Source: Albugo candida (taxonomy: Eukaryota). Taken from it: a stretch of 64,000 nucleotides of DNA. Below the pieces are notes generated by a model that had not been told where the DNA came from, did not search any database, and saw only the letters and a list, made by a program, of their open reading frames with translations. The stretch is taken from contig JBDOQK010000009.1 in assembly GCA_040437565.1 (NCBI GenBank), forward strand, positions 62,001-126,000, written 5' to 3'. Positions 37,447 through 49,891 of this stretch are shown one piece after another (the stretch's first letter is position 1; every line of letters begins with the position of its first letter). The position numbers and the translations under genes are program-made.

Positions 37447-38354
37447 ATGAAAATCAGCTCTACCTATATAAGCATCCTGGCAATCACGCATCTACAAGCA
37501 ACAGAGCCGCATGGCTTTGCTAAAGATGACAATCAGCGCTCTGTAAAGAAAGAGGGTTCGTTCAGACGCGTCAATACATTTACGAACCGCGGTTCTTTCA
37601 ACGGGATGCCCTCTTACCCGTCTCCATTGATCGTAACGGACAAAGCTTCCCAAAATGTACAAATTACTTCAACAAGTGCGAATATGTTTGCAGCGTGTCT
37701 ACCTCTTCCACCAAAAAAGAGTCGACGTACACAGCGTTCGATATCGACATTAAGTACATTGAGAGATGATGAGGTGCATGAGTCTCAATCAATGACTTTG
37801 GAGCAATACGAAAACATGTATTGCAACCAGCCACGTATGTCTGAAGGTACTTCATCGGAAAGCAAGGAAAGTGTCTTTGAACATGATTCACCAGGAAAAA
37901 AGGCATACAGTGGGGGCGTTTCTGAGGAACCTGAAGCCCCTCAGCAGCAGGTCAAGAAAAAGCTGAGCAGATGGCATAATCTNNNNNNNNNNNNNNNNNN
38001 NNNNNNNNNNNNNNNNNNNNNNNNNNNNNNNNNNNNNNNNNNNNNNNNNNNNNNNNNNNNNNNNNNNNNNNNNNNNNNNNNNATGAGGTGCATGAGTCTC
38101 AATCAATGACTTTGGAGCAATACGAAAACATGTATTGCAACCAGCCACGTATGTCTGAAGGTACTTCATCGGAAAGCAAGGAAAGTGTCTTTATACATGA
38201 TTCACCCGGAAAAAAGGCATATAGTGGGGACGTTTCTGAGGAACCTGAAGCCCCTCAGCAGCAGGTCAAGAAAAAGCTGAGCAGATGGCATAATCTGAAG
38301 AATTCGCTATTGAAGAAAGGTAAGAAGCTGGTAAAAGATATGGTAGCACCTTAA
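37447..38354 (+). CDS. Putative secreted protein, family 2 copy A (~197 aa after merging the overlap across the gap)
   Basis: Start MKISSTYISILAITHLQA; SPLIVTDK...VQIT...FAACLPLP motif; basic C-terminus LKKGKKLVKDMVAP*; homologous to 44763-45347. Confidence 0.75.
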
Positions 38355-39764
38355 GGACACCCACATGCCATTGAAAAGTTGACGTCTTTCTTTTTGTTCC
38401 TACTTCTGACAAACCATGCCGTAAGCTCACTTTGACCTACGTCCATCCCGAATTCGTTGTCCTTTCAGCGAGAGAATACAAGACTTGATGACTATACCAT
38501 TCATCGCGGAAAAATCTGTCCGAGTCTCGCTTGTATGAACCATCACAAGAGACACTATCTCATCATTTGCAAATGAAGCAAAGTGTAGGCATTGATGATC
38601 ATGCTATACTCTAGTAAACGTAGTTGATTCTGATCTCACATTATTACAGCCTAATGGAGGTCTCTCCTATCATAAAAGCAGCGGCTCGTGCAGGAATACA
38701 TTTCTCTATAAAAGAATTGCGTAAGAATAAGCTATATCCCATATCTTTTATTGCTGATAGTGTGATGATTCAGGTCTCGAATTAACAAGGACGACAGCTC
38801 AAAACATCGCGTTTTGGATGGCAACTTTGCTTTGGTTTCCGATCAGATCGAACGAGTTGCAAACTACTCTTCAAGCTGGGGAAAAAGATGTCGTTAATCC
38901 GCCAGGAATACACAAGCTGGTAGAGGTGACGGTTCGGTGCACGACGTTCGAAGTGGTGTAGAAGCGCTACCAAGTACGACCTGTCAACATGAAAAATAGC
39001 GGCAGCGTTAATCGGGAGACTCCGTTTCTTGTCAATAATCTACCAAAAAATAGTGGCATTTCATAGAGGCAAAGCGGCAAACTCCGAGGACAAAGTACAG
39101 GACAGCTGTGATATGTGCAGAAAGCTCTTCACATTCATCAAACGACTAATTGCATTGAAACCCCACCACCCAAAGCTTGCTGTCGTCTCGAATGAGCAAG
39201 GCATAGCTCATGGTCCCGAGTGAGTGTGCTTCCTTATGTGAAGAGATGGAGTCATAAGAAAGAATGCTGTGCAAACACAGAGTCATGCGTTTATGGTTAT
39301 CGTTACTTCCAGATCACCTCTGCGTCGCTTGACAGTACTCCGAAAGTTTAGTGCACAGTACACCGGAACCTGATCACAGCGAGCGTTTCTATCTTTACTG
39401 ATCAATGATGAGCTCCACTCGATCTGCATACCTTGTAAGAACTGTATGACATTTTATGACAACAGAGCTGTGTAGTAGAAGGTATGGAGCTGGATGCCGA
39501 GTTTTTAATTGTCAGAACGTCGACTTGAATATCACTGAGTGTGTACAATTATCTCCGGGGCGTCACCCTACCATCTCTAATGTATGCGTGACCAACCTTC
39601 GAAGGAGCTTGCCCAAAAAGCTAATATACTTGATGTACCGACAATACATTTCTTCGACAATAAGGTACTCACTGCATTAGTTGTATCGATACAAAATAAC
39701 TAATCGGCTGTGCGACATAATGAACACATCAACTCTCAGGTTCGCATAGGATTCGTGACACTTA

Positions 39765-40979
39765 TTAGGATTTAATTTGCTGGCAAAGGTAAGAATCGAA
39801 GCCTGACGGGTACGGAATTTTAGAAAGTCCTGAGGCTGGTCTCTTATGTACTTTGAACTTCATAAAAGTCCGATTAGATTCGCGAGTTGGAGAACTTTCT
39901 TTTTGATTTGAGCAATCAGTTGAGTTTTCAGGTTCTCGTTTTGTAGAATTGATGCTGTGCCGTTTGGCTAATCTCGTGAGCGTCTTAAATGCTTCTACCT
40001 CACGCATCTTTGCCGCATTCAGTTTACTTTTAAGCTCCTCATTCTTCACATGCAATCGATCCAGCTGAGATTTTGCAAATAAAAAAGCTCAGAGCAAAAT
40101 CCAGTCATAAAGAATTCTTACTTTTGCATCCGATCGAAGCTTTTCCTTTTCGTGTTGCGAGCATTTGACTTTCAATTGCTTGATCTCGATTTTGAGAGCG
40201 TGACACTCCTGACGAGTGCTTATCAGAGAGCTATTGAACCGACCCAGTAGCTCTTCTTCCTCTTGTAGACGCTTTTGGAGCAATAATCCTTGGCGTGAAG
40301 CGTCTTTTAACTGGAAGTTATGTTGCGCTATACGCTCCAAATCTTGCTCAGACTGGTGCCGTTTCGTACGTTCTTGATCGAGAGCAGCTCGTGTCTACTA
40401 GCAAGATTATCTAAGCCCCTGCTGTATCGTGTATCTGAAGGCTTTTCACCTGTTTGCCGTCCATAACGAGACTCATTACGATCCGATGGATAAGACTCAT
40501 AGGCAGAGAAGCGATCAGCGCGGCTACACACGTCCGATATACACTGTGAGTTTTCCAGCTTTCTTGTCCATCATAGCAGTCAAACCTTGGTGCTCAGGCT
40601 GCGTATATATTTTATCCATACACGTTACGTGGAAATTATTCATGATCACTTTAAGACACCTGCGCAAGTAAATTCATGAATTTAAGCATATATTTGACTG
40701 TATACACTTGAAGTAACAGACGAACAGGTCGACGAGTGTGTGCGCTTTACGTGACTTTCTCTGATGTGACTTGAGATCGTGCGTCTTTGCGGTACTCTCT
40801 TCCGAGTCATTCTCAAGCAAGGATCGACAACGATTGACATGTATTGACAATGAAGCAGAACCGAAACTCTCATGGCAATGCGGGCATCGATTTCGAATTC
40901 TGGGAGGCACAAAAGATGAGAGAGGGCCAGTCACGCTTCTCTCTGTTAAAAGCAATAATTCTGCGTCGTGTTCTCGCAT
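39765..40979 (-). CDS. C2HC zinc-finger plus coiled-coil protein (multi-exon)
   Basis: CPHCHESFGSASLSIHVNRC fits a C2HC finger; downstream exons are heptad-rich; short GT-AG introns. Confidence 0.72.
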
Positions 40980-42152
40980 AAATTCATAAAATGGATTATT
41001 TAACGATTTGATTAAGTTAATCGATTATCAATAAACAGATATAAAATCACTATATGTCACGCACAATCAAACTTTTTTCCATCAATCAGACGAAGTATCA
41101 CGAGTAACCGTTATTATGACATGTGCTTAGGACGCCTACTGTCTGCTTATACGACGAAAGATGCTCATTTTTTATTCTCTGCCTGGATATGTAAATGATA
41201 GAATTTTGAGTTTGCAGTGTTATTCCAACAAAGACGTTCAAATCCTTCTAATACACCTGATATGCTTTTTCAATCGTGACTTGTATTCTGTACGTGGCAA
41301 TACCTATTGCTCATCCAATATATGTATAAATCGAGCATAGACGCGCGGTAGATAAAGCATTTTGTTCCGCCGATTTCAGGCTATTTAATGAGAATAGGAT
41401 ACACTTTGTCAATCTATTTGCGCTTCCCTGCTTTCTCGTGACACCTTCATACTGCTCGCTGATAATCGATATCGCCCCAATCTGTTCTATCTCCCTGCGA
41501 TAGAAGACATCTATTTCAATTGCAACAGCATATATTTATGCGAACGAGATCTGCTCGTCCATCATGATTGTTCACTATCTCATAAAATCAATTTTTGAGG
41601 CTGTGGTGGCGACGTTGATAGTAAGGTTAGAGCTCATGAACGCGTTGCGATGCATTACCGAAGTCCAGTCTTCTTTGAGTCTTAATTCTTTTTTGTATCT
41701 ATCATATCCGTAGACCTTAACATGAAGAGATGATGAAAAATTACTGGAACCTATAAAAGCTTATTAGTGTTCTGACCAAGTAGGGGTGAAAGTGACAACA
41801 AAGTAATATTGAAATTGATGAGGAGATGGGGGATGTTTGTTTTCCAATCGACGTGTGTTTGGGAAGTAAATACGTCCTACTACATGATGATCACAAAAGT
41901 CGGGAGCACAGAGTCTTTTGCTGATTGGTGGGTGTGTAGAAACAGAGTCAGCTATCAAGAGTCAGGATGATCATAAGCGTCTAAAGTCTGTTGATGCAAG
42001 TTGGTAGCGAAATGAGAAGCTATCATAAAGAAAAAAAAAGTCAGCAAGTCTACCTACCCTCGCATTCGCAAGTTATCGTATGGAGGCTGAGTATAGGCAG
42101 AAGCATGACTAAAGCACATTTATCACTTTCTTTGAAGCATACCGAATCTGTC

Positions 42153-42619
42153 TCACGGTGTTAAAATGTGTTTTTAGTACCTAACTCACGTACTACGTGA
42201 CCGAATCATCGTCAGACACATCGGGATCAGTCTGTGTCGTATGTAAAAGATGATGTCTCGAAGAAGGCATCCGCCCTCATCATTTTGGATTCTGGAACAT
42301 AGCCATCCCGATCTGTTCTTCTCTTTATCTTTATAAGACTTTTCGTTTGTTTCTGATGTCGTTTTACTTTGGCCGGAAGTTTGAAACATGAGGCAAATGG
42401 AGCACACTTCACGGTGGTGACTTAAACATGTTGCAGAGTTTTCTCATGTACGAGAGGTGAAAATGGAGGAATATGTGGAGTTCCTTTAGCATTGTTGTGA
42501 TCAGTTGTTAACTCCCTCGATATTGACCGCCCATACTTGAAGTAGTTGGTTGCAGACGCCGAGAGATCTTCAAGTTGAATGATTGCGAGAAATCTTGTAA
42601 GTGCAATGCTGCTTCTCAT
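42153..42619 (-). pseudogene. Family 2 copy B, pseudogenised secreted protein
   Basis: Aligns to 44763-45347 but has TAA where the paralog has CAA (HV* vs HVQ, 42422-42424), further stops and a 3' deletion; keeps the terminal HILTP*. Confidence 0.88.
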
Positions 42620-43559
42620 CTTTACTATCGTTCGCGTTTTTGAAAATGAGACTGAGACTGCAAGACGTTCGAGTCGAATTATATTCAGTGCAGAAAGTAG
42701 TACTTCAAGTGGTCGCAGTGACGTTTTCCGATGGCGAGAACAAAAGATTTGTAATGATGACGCAAATTAGAATGCGATAAACGTTTGAGTGGTATGCCAC
42801 AAAACGTCAATGAGTTGTTTTTTAGAATAAGTTTGCATGTGTATGATGGATACGGTGCAAAAAAAAACCTCGCAAGCGTGGTGTAGTTCGAATTGAATTT
42901 GACTTTGGATAATCGACCCCTCTGCTTTGGTTGATAGAAAGCGTATTGAACGACAATATAGAATGTGCACAAACTATTAAAGTGTCTTTTAAGTGACTGA
43001 ATTGATTTTACTATCACGTTTGACTGACAGTGACGTGTTCTCGTGATTGGTCTAACACGGATCGGCATCACCGCAAGCACGTCAGACATGGTGACTCCAT
43101 GTCAATATTCCATGTGAACCATCCTCTACTCAATAACTGATCGAGCTGGACAAATAAGAAGTAATGGATCATCACAAGTCACAATTCTGTCAGAAAGACT
43201 GCATGAAACAATCACGCCCTTGGCAGCACGACCACTTGACACAATGCAAAATGCTTGCACTTTTGAATAAGCCACGCAAACTACTAATCCTCGTACACAT
43301 AGCACTTTATAAGCTGAGGTTTGCTTGTTCGAACTGCTAATTCAATTTTCTTATATTTGGACCTAAAGTATATTTGATCATACAAAGAAGGCCGTGCAGA
43401 CCTCAACTTTCTTACCACCTAGCCTTGATCACGTCCTGCAGAAGGCGAGAGTGATCCTGGCAGTTGCACTTCTAGTGGAGAAGTCAACCATTAATGCTTT
43501 GTGAGAGCACATCAGAGCGGTTGAATATTGGATTATATCAAAGTTTTTCTGTTGTCTTC

Positions 43560-43859
43560 AGTGCATCATAGCAGTCAAACCTTTGGTGCTCAGGCTACGT
43601 GTATATTCTATCCATGCAAATCACGTCAAATAGTCATAACAACTCGGAGACACCTGCACAAGTAAGTTAATGTATTTGAGCATATATCTGACTCATTCAA
43701 GACAGGGCAGTCAGTGTTGGCCGTTTACGTGGCGTCCTGTGATGTGCTTTTATTTCAGACATCTTTGAGGTACTTTCTTCCGCGTCATTTTCAAAAAAAG
43801 CGAAGGCACCCAGTCTTATCTCTCTTGAGTATCTCTATCTCTGGATCGTGTTCTTGCAT
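43560..43859 (-). pseudogene. Degenerate 5' fragment of the C2HC-finger gene
   Basis: MQEHDPEIEILKRDK resembles MREHDAELLLLTERS; nucleotide match to 40570-40980 with the finger region deleted. Confidence 0.75.
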
Positions 43860-44762
43860 TGATTTTATTTCACTTGATGCATACCTCCACCGATTTGGAA
43901 ATTTGAATTTGCTATAAGTATTATTTTGTTGACTGTCAATCACTGTACACAATTTGTAAGACAAGGGAACGACTGTGCGACGCAATATGAAATGTAAACA
44001 CCTCTTGCTCCGTCGAGTTGAATGATCATTGTTGCGACAATGAACGATAGCATAGCCTGTGTCACTATACCATCGTACTGTGCGGTGATAAGCAATGTCA
44101 CTCCAATCAATCTTATATCCTTGAGATACACGCACACTTCTACCAATTGCGACTTCATGATTCAATACGATTGAAATCTGTTCGCACATCATGATTGTTC
44201 ATTTACGTCACGGAAAGTTTTCAGCGGCGAAATTGATTTTATAGCTAGAGATTATGAACGCGTTGCTATTCATTTTCGAAGTCGTGTATTTTGCTATTTA
44301 TCAGCAGCTATTTAGACTTGTTGGCATCCGGAAAACGTAGTGATGCAATATATATTTATGCGGCGACTTATGCAATGCATTATTGGATCTAGAAGATGAT
44401 ATTATTTGCTGTCTGATCGACGTGTGCTCGGGAAGTAATAACGTCCTACCACATAATCCACGTCGCGAGCAGAGAAATCTGATGATCAATGAATAATTGA
44501 GAACAAAGAGGTGACTGCCGTGACTCAGAATGAGCATTAGCGATTAGAATCTGTTGATGCAAGTCGGTAGTAAACGGTGAAGAGCTAATTTCTAGACAGA
44601 CAAAATCGATCTTTTCAGCGGATTTCTATGCGATATGGGCATGGTAGCGACAAATCAATAACCAGCAAGCCTCGCATTCGCAAGATCCCTTATTGAACGT
44701 ACTGTATAAGCCGAAGCATCCCTCAACATATTTATTACTTTGTAGAAGCACACTGAATTGCT

Positions 44763-45347
44763 TCACGGTGTCAACATATGTTTTAGTACCTTCTTCAAGT
44801 TCTTTTTGATCGATTTCAGATATCCAGTCTTTTTCTTTGCAGCTTCTTTGTCCTCCTGCTGAGTGACTTCCGACTTTATTGTTCCATCATCGCTGTTTGC
44901 CGTGCTCTTCGATAAATCATCGTCAGTCACATCAGCTTCAGCGCGTATCTGATGTGTGTAGGGGGCTCTCTCGAAGAATTCACCCGACGTCATCACTTTT
45001 GAATCGGGAATATAATCATCCCTATCTGTTCTTCTCTTTATTTTCATGGGTTGTGAACGTTGTATAGCTTGTCGTTTGACTTTGGCCGGAAGTTTGAAAC
45101 ATGAGGCAAATGTAGCACAACCCATTGTGGTGATTTGAACATGCGGCGGAGTTTTTTCATGCACGAGAGGCGAAAAGGGAGCAATATGCGCAGATCCTTC
45201 AGTATATTTGGGGCCAGTTGTTAACTCCCTGGAATTATCTTTTGGTATCGACCGCCAATACTTGAGGTAGTAGCCGGCTGTAGTCGCTGAGACTCCTTCG
45301 AGGTGCAAGATTGCGAAAAAATTTGTGAATGCAAGACTGATTCTCAT
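44763..45347 (-). CDS. Putative secreted protein, family 2 copy C (194 aa)
   Basis: Signal-peptide-like MRISLAFTNFFAILHLEGVSA; SPLVHEK...VQIT...FASCFKLP; basic amphipathic C-terminus LKSIKKNLKKVLKHMLTP*. Confidence 0.82.
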   Translation of the reverse strand: MRISLAFTNFFAILHLEGVSATTAGYYLKYWRSIPKDNSRELTTGPKYTEGSAHIAPFSPLVHEKTPPHVQITTMGCATFASCFKLPAKVKRQAIQRSQPMKIKRRTDRDDYIPDSKVMTSGEFFERAPYTHQIRAEADVTDDDLSKSTANSDDGTIKSEVTQQEDKEAAKKKTGYLKSIKKNLKKVLKHMLTP

Positions 45348-47729
45348 CGTTGCTATCGTGTGCGTTTTTGGAAATGAGACTGCAAGACGTTTGGGTCCGA
45401 TTCGTTAATCAGCAGAAAGTCCTACTCATGAGTTAAATTGATCTTACTTCCGAGTCCGACGCGATAGAATGAATGTAGATACGCAATGATGACGCAAGAA
45501 TTGTATGCGATAAACGTATTAGCGGTGTGATAAAAAAAAGTCAAATGACTTGATATTCTAAAAAAAGTTGACATTTGTATGATGAATACGCTTTATTAAA
45601 TTTCGTAATCAGCTGCTAGAATTTGGTTCAAGTTCGATTTTCGATTTATGGAACGCTCTGCAGTAATAAAAATTTGAGTATAATGACTAGAGTGAGCGAC
45701 AAGCTAAAGTGAAGAAAGTGGGATTACAGAAAGTGTAATCGAACGAAAATCTAGAATGTGCAAAGATGAAGTACTCAATTTATCTAATGACTTTCGGTTT
45801 CACGTTTAACTGTCAGTGATGCGCTCCTCGTAAATAGGTCAAGCATAGATCGGAAACGCAACAAGCACGTTAGACATGGTCGCTCCATGAATATCCCGGT
45901 TGAAGCATCTTCTACTCAAAAACTGATCGATATGGACAAATAAGAAGAGATCGCGTCTAGCATTACGACCACCTCACGCAATGTAAAGTCTTCGTATTCT
46001 CAGGTAAGTCATGCTTACTATTTAGTCTCGTCCTCGTATACATTACACGTACTTTGATTGAGCCAGCAACGATTTTACGCTGAATTAAAAAATGACAAAT
46101 CAATTTTTCACTTTNNNNNNNNNNNNNNNNNNNNNNNNNNNNNNNNNNNNNNNNNNNNNNNNNNNNNNNNNNNNNNNNNNNNNNNNNNNNNNNNNNNNNN
46201 NNNNNNNNNNNNNNCAATTTTTCACTTTCCCATAGGTATACTGTAAACCAATGTGTATAGTCGCGTAAATAGCAGCTTGAATAGTATCGACGCAGTAATT
46301 GAATTGTACAATTTCTTGTCTTCGGACCTGGATAGATATGAGCACGTGATATCACAAAAGAACTCGCAGGCCTTAACTTCTTTTTGTCTCTGTTCTGATG
46401 ATAATCTATTATATCTCAGGATGCTCCTGTGAGCTCAAACCATACGTTATTTTATTTCTTTACATTGGGGCACAGTGAATAGATGCTCGGTAAGAAAATG
46501 GCTGCATCCATTAGAGTGGACTTATCCTGTTTCAAGTCACCAAGCTTGATGCGTCCTGGCANNNNNNNNNNNNNNNNNNNNNNNNNNNNNNNNNNNNNNN
46601 NNNNNNNNNNNNNNNNNNNNNNNNNNNNNNNNNNNNNNNNNNNNNNNNNNNNNNNNNNNNNAGCTCAAACCATACGTTATTTTATTTCTTTACATTGGGG
46701 CACAGTGAATAGATGCTCGGTAAGAAAATGGCTGCATCCATTAGAGTGGACTTATCCTGTTTCAAGTCACCAAGCTTGATGCGTCCTGGCACATTATAGG
46801 ATACGGCGTTGAGAAATCATATCGCTGTAAAGGAGTCTTGAACTTGGATAGTTGACCTTTTCGCTGAATGACGTAGAATTCTTTGTATTCTCTTTATCTA
46901 TCAGCCATGCGATAAAGCTTATCATGTCACATATACGATCACGGTTGTTATTGAGGATCGTGGAGCATTCAAGTGTATATGCTGCACTTTTAGTCCCCAC
47001 CGTTATGCGTCTGTCACATGGCTTGAGCATCAGTCGCATGACACCAGAGACATTTGGTTGATTGATTAGCGCATAAAAGAGTCGTTACTAGGGTGTATAA
47101 GTACATCTGCATCGACCTTTGAACTCTTCCGTTCTCAGTAACGCTACTAAGAATTATCAACACTAAGCAAGTGCAGTCGGATGCTCAAAACTATTGATCA
47201 ATCACCTGAGGGACGTTTCACGATCGATCGCTTCTTTAGAGTTAACTTTGCAGCTGATAACAGGTATGTAGCTAACTTGACTTGCAAACACGCGAGTCCT
47301 CGTCTTACTTTGTCAATGAGAGATAGCATCTGCAATGCGCATTGATACAAATCATTGCCACTAGCAGAGAATATCTATGCTGTAAATCGCGCATTAGCAT
47401 TCGTAATCAATCAGCAAAATCAATGCGTCGACGCAGTAAGTCAACTGGTTGAGTGGAGGTTACCATAACCACGCTTCACATTCGGTTCTTGTCTGCGGGT
47501 TTGTAGCGTGAAAAGTGTACTTTATCCTGGTGCTTTCCGAATCTCTTTGCCGAATAGTGGGACAGAAGTACAGGAGTCTGCTAAAAACTGGCTATTAACA
47601 TATGAATTGCGCGCAGCAATGCGCCGTCGGATTCTATACATTTAGAAATAGATTTAAACATGTCAAATTTCTAACCAAACACAGCTTCATAGCACATAAA
47701 ACATTCCGCGTCATCCACCAAACAAAGAC

Positions 47730-48543
47730 ATGCTTCGTTTACTAGCTTTCGGCCTAATATGCACAATGTGCTTGTCAGATGACGATGCAAGCGAATGGGA
47801 AAGTATACACGCGTACTCAATCGAACAAAGACGCCCTATAATGATCTCGTTTTGTCCTACATCCATGAGCGTTTCCTCTCTTCTCGTCATTCTTCCTGTT
47901 GCATCGCTTCTCCCGGAAGATATTCAAAATGCAACCTTAGACGCCACTCAAACTCGTACAACCTTTTCCAGTGATTTGGTCCAACATATCGAAATCGTCG
48001 AAAACCTCACAATACGTTCTTCAAAGCCTCCCACAAATTCAACGGCTCCTTCTGGAATTTTATATCAAGTCACGCTGAATCAATCGAGATGTATGGAAGC
48101 AACGTTGGAGCTTTCCCAGCCGGGGATCTATGTCATTTTTGCACAATATCGTGATATACGAATGAAACTGACTACCGAAACTGGCGCAATACTCAAAAGT
48201 ACCGCTTGTTTTGCTGGTTGTGATTCTATCGTCTCTAGTGCTACGGAGAAAGAACCGATATCCTCAGGGCGCTGGTATCATCCTGTTTTGGCTTCACTTG
48301 TGATCAGTCTAACTTCTGTCGTGGGCGTTTTCATATTGATTTTATACCGAGGAAAAATGGATAACTTACTCGATCTTATGATTAGCTTTGCAGCTGGTTG
48401 TCTGATGGGTGTGATTGTATTCCATCTTTACAGCGAAGCAACAGCCTATCTCGAGGACGCTGGCGAATGGGTTGTCGGTGTATGTGTTTTAGGCGGAATC
48501 GCATTTTCCATCATGTTGGAGCAGGGTACACACATTGTACTCG
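47730..48543 (+). CDS. ZIP (SLC39/LIV-1-like) metal transporter, 5' part; truncated by the gap
   Basis: Signal peptide, luminal domain, then TM helices ASLVISLTSVVGV...MISFAAGCLMGVIVFHLYSEA typical of ZIP TM1-3. Confidence 0.85.
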
Positions 48544-48643
48544 NNNNNNNNNNNNNNNNNNNNNNNNNNNNNNNNNNNNNNNNNNNNNNNNNNNNNNNNN
48601 NNNNNNNNNNNNNNNNNNNNNNNNNNNNNNNNNNNNNNNNNNN

Positions 48644-48981
48644 TCAGTCCAACATCTTCATATTTGTATGCAGTTGCATGGTCAAAAACGCGACCCGCGG
48701 TCTTTGGAGTCACAGCTGAAGATGGGAATGTTTACATCTACGATTTGATGATGGACAAAATTGCTCCAGTGGTGACACTGAAAAAGCATGAAACTGCGGA
48801 CGGTATCGTGGCGAAAAGTACTTCTCCGATGCTTGCCCTTGATTTCAATCCTCGACAACGAAATTTTGTAGCAGCAGGCGATGCAGCAGGGAAGATTTAT
48901 ATATGGAAGCTGTCCTGGCGCTTGGCCAACTTACAATCTGATGAGATGACTGTTCTTGAAGCGCTAGAAACCGCAGCGTGA
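48644..48981 (+). CDS. WDR34: WD40 dynein-2 intermediate chain WDR34/FAP133-like, 3' end
   Basis: LYAVAWSKTRPAVFG...VYIYDL...LDFNPRQRNFVAAGDAAGKIYIWKLS matches the WDR34 C-terminal WD repeats; the 5' part is hidden in the gap. Confidence 0.78.
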
Positions 48982-49115
48982 CTTTGTGAATTGGAAGAAC
49001 TCTAAAATATCTCAAACTGAGCCAACAAAACTATCGTAGATGCTCAACATGGTAAAACTATGATGACTATATAATACGAACAAGACTTATATTCTTAAGA
49101 TGCCTTTTCTCTGCT

Positions 49116-49688
49116 TTAATTGATTCGAGCAACTTTGGCTGGTACGACTACGAAATTTTCGTCTCGGAGCTTTCTTTTCGCAGCGCTTTTAAAATCATAT
49201 AGACAACTGTGTTCCTCTGCGTATCGATGTTCGTTACAAAAGGTAAAACCACACCGGCAAGTGACGGAAGTCAACCCAATCTTCGAACGACATTCCCAAC
49301 ATCGCCGTTTGTTTGCTTGTGTACGGGGATATGTACCGCATATCTTTGTATCTGATCCCAACTTCACTAAAATTGATTTGAGCTGAGGTGTACTACCCAC
49401 ATTTCCGGTTGACGAGTAGCCTGTGTGTGATGATAAAGTCTCCATCGACAAAGATTCTGAACTCGAACTGACGATTCTAGCTGAAGTTGATCCATTTAGG
49501 CTACCTGAAGACATCTTAACATTCTCGCTCATAGCTGCTTCTGTCGACGTGTGCGCGCACGAACATGACAATGACGATGGTGGTAGGCAAACGGGAGCTG
49601 CAGAAGGAGAAGAGGCTGAATCCTCGTTTACGCGTATCGTTTCTGCGGAGGACGCGGGTTGCTCTAATGTGGAAGAATTTACGCACAT
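49116..49688 (-). CDS. AN1-type zinc-finger protein
   Basis: RCWECRSKIGLTSVTCRCGFTFCNEHRYAEEHSCLYDFK is a canonical AN1 finger. Confidence 0.92.
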   Translation of the reverse strand: MCVNSSTLEQPASSAETIRVNEDSASSPSAAPVCLPPSSLSCSCAHTSTEAAMSENVKMSSGSLNGSTSARIVSSSSESLSMETLSSHTGYSSTGNVGSTPQLKSILVKLGSDTKICGTYPRTQANKRRCWECRSKIGLTSVTCRCGFTFCNEHRYAEEHSCLYDFKSAAKRKLRDENFVVVPAKVARIN

Positions 49689-49891
49689 GAGTCACGTTTT
49701 GGTAAACGGATAAAACGGATGTGTTAGTGGGATTGAAATTGAGATTTTATTGGGAAGGGGAAGGGGTGACAACGTAAGGGAACACGGTAATGTGGGTTTA
49801 CAAACACTTGAATTTCTCACGGTAATCGACCCTATAGCGAAATAGCCTGTGTATTGACCCGTACAAACGTGTTGGTATCGCCATTCTACGG

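Larger units (their letters stand above)
40570..45950. repeat. Two-copy tandem segmental duplication (~40570-43160 and ~43560-45950)
   Basis: Colinear shared anchors: catcatagcagtcaaacctt, catcatgattgttca, tctgttgatgcaagt, cctcgcattcgcaag, agacatggt, tggacaaataagaag. Confidence 0.85.

Noticed and set aside
36368-37747. Apparent extra family 2 gene starting at 36707
   Set aside because: Identical to 37108-37747 across a gap; treated as an overlap, though a very recent duplicate cannot be fully excluded.
47730-48981. Apparent ZIP-WD40 fusion or read-through ORF
   Set aside because: The frame runs through Ns; the gap must hide the ZIP 3' end and most of WDR34.
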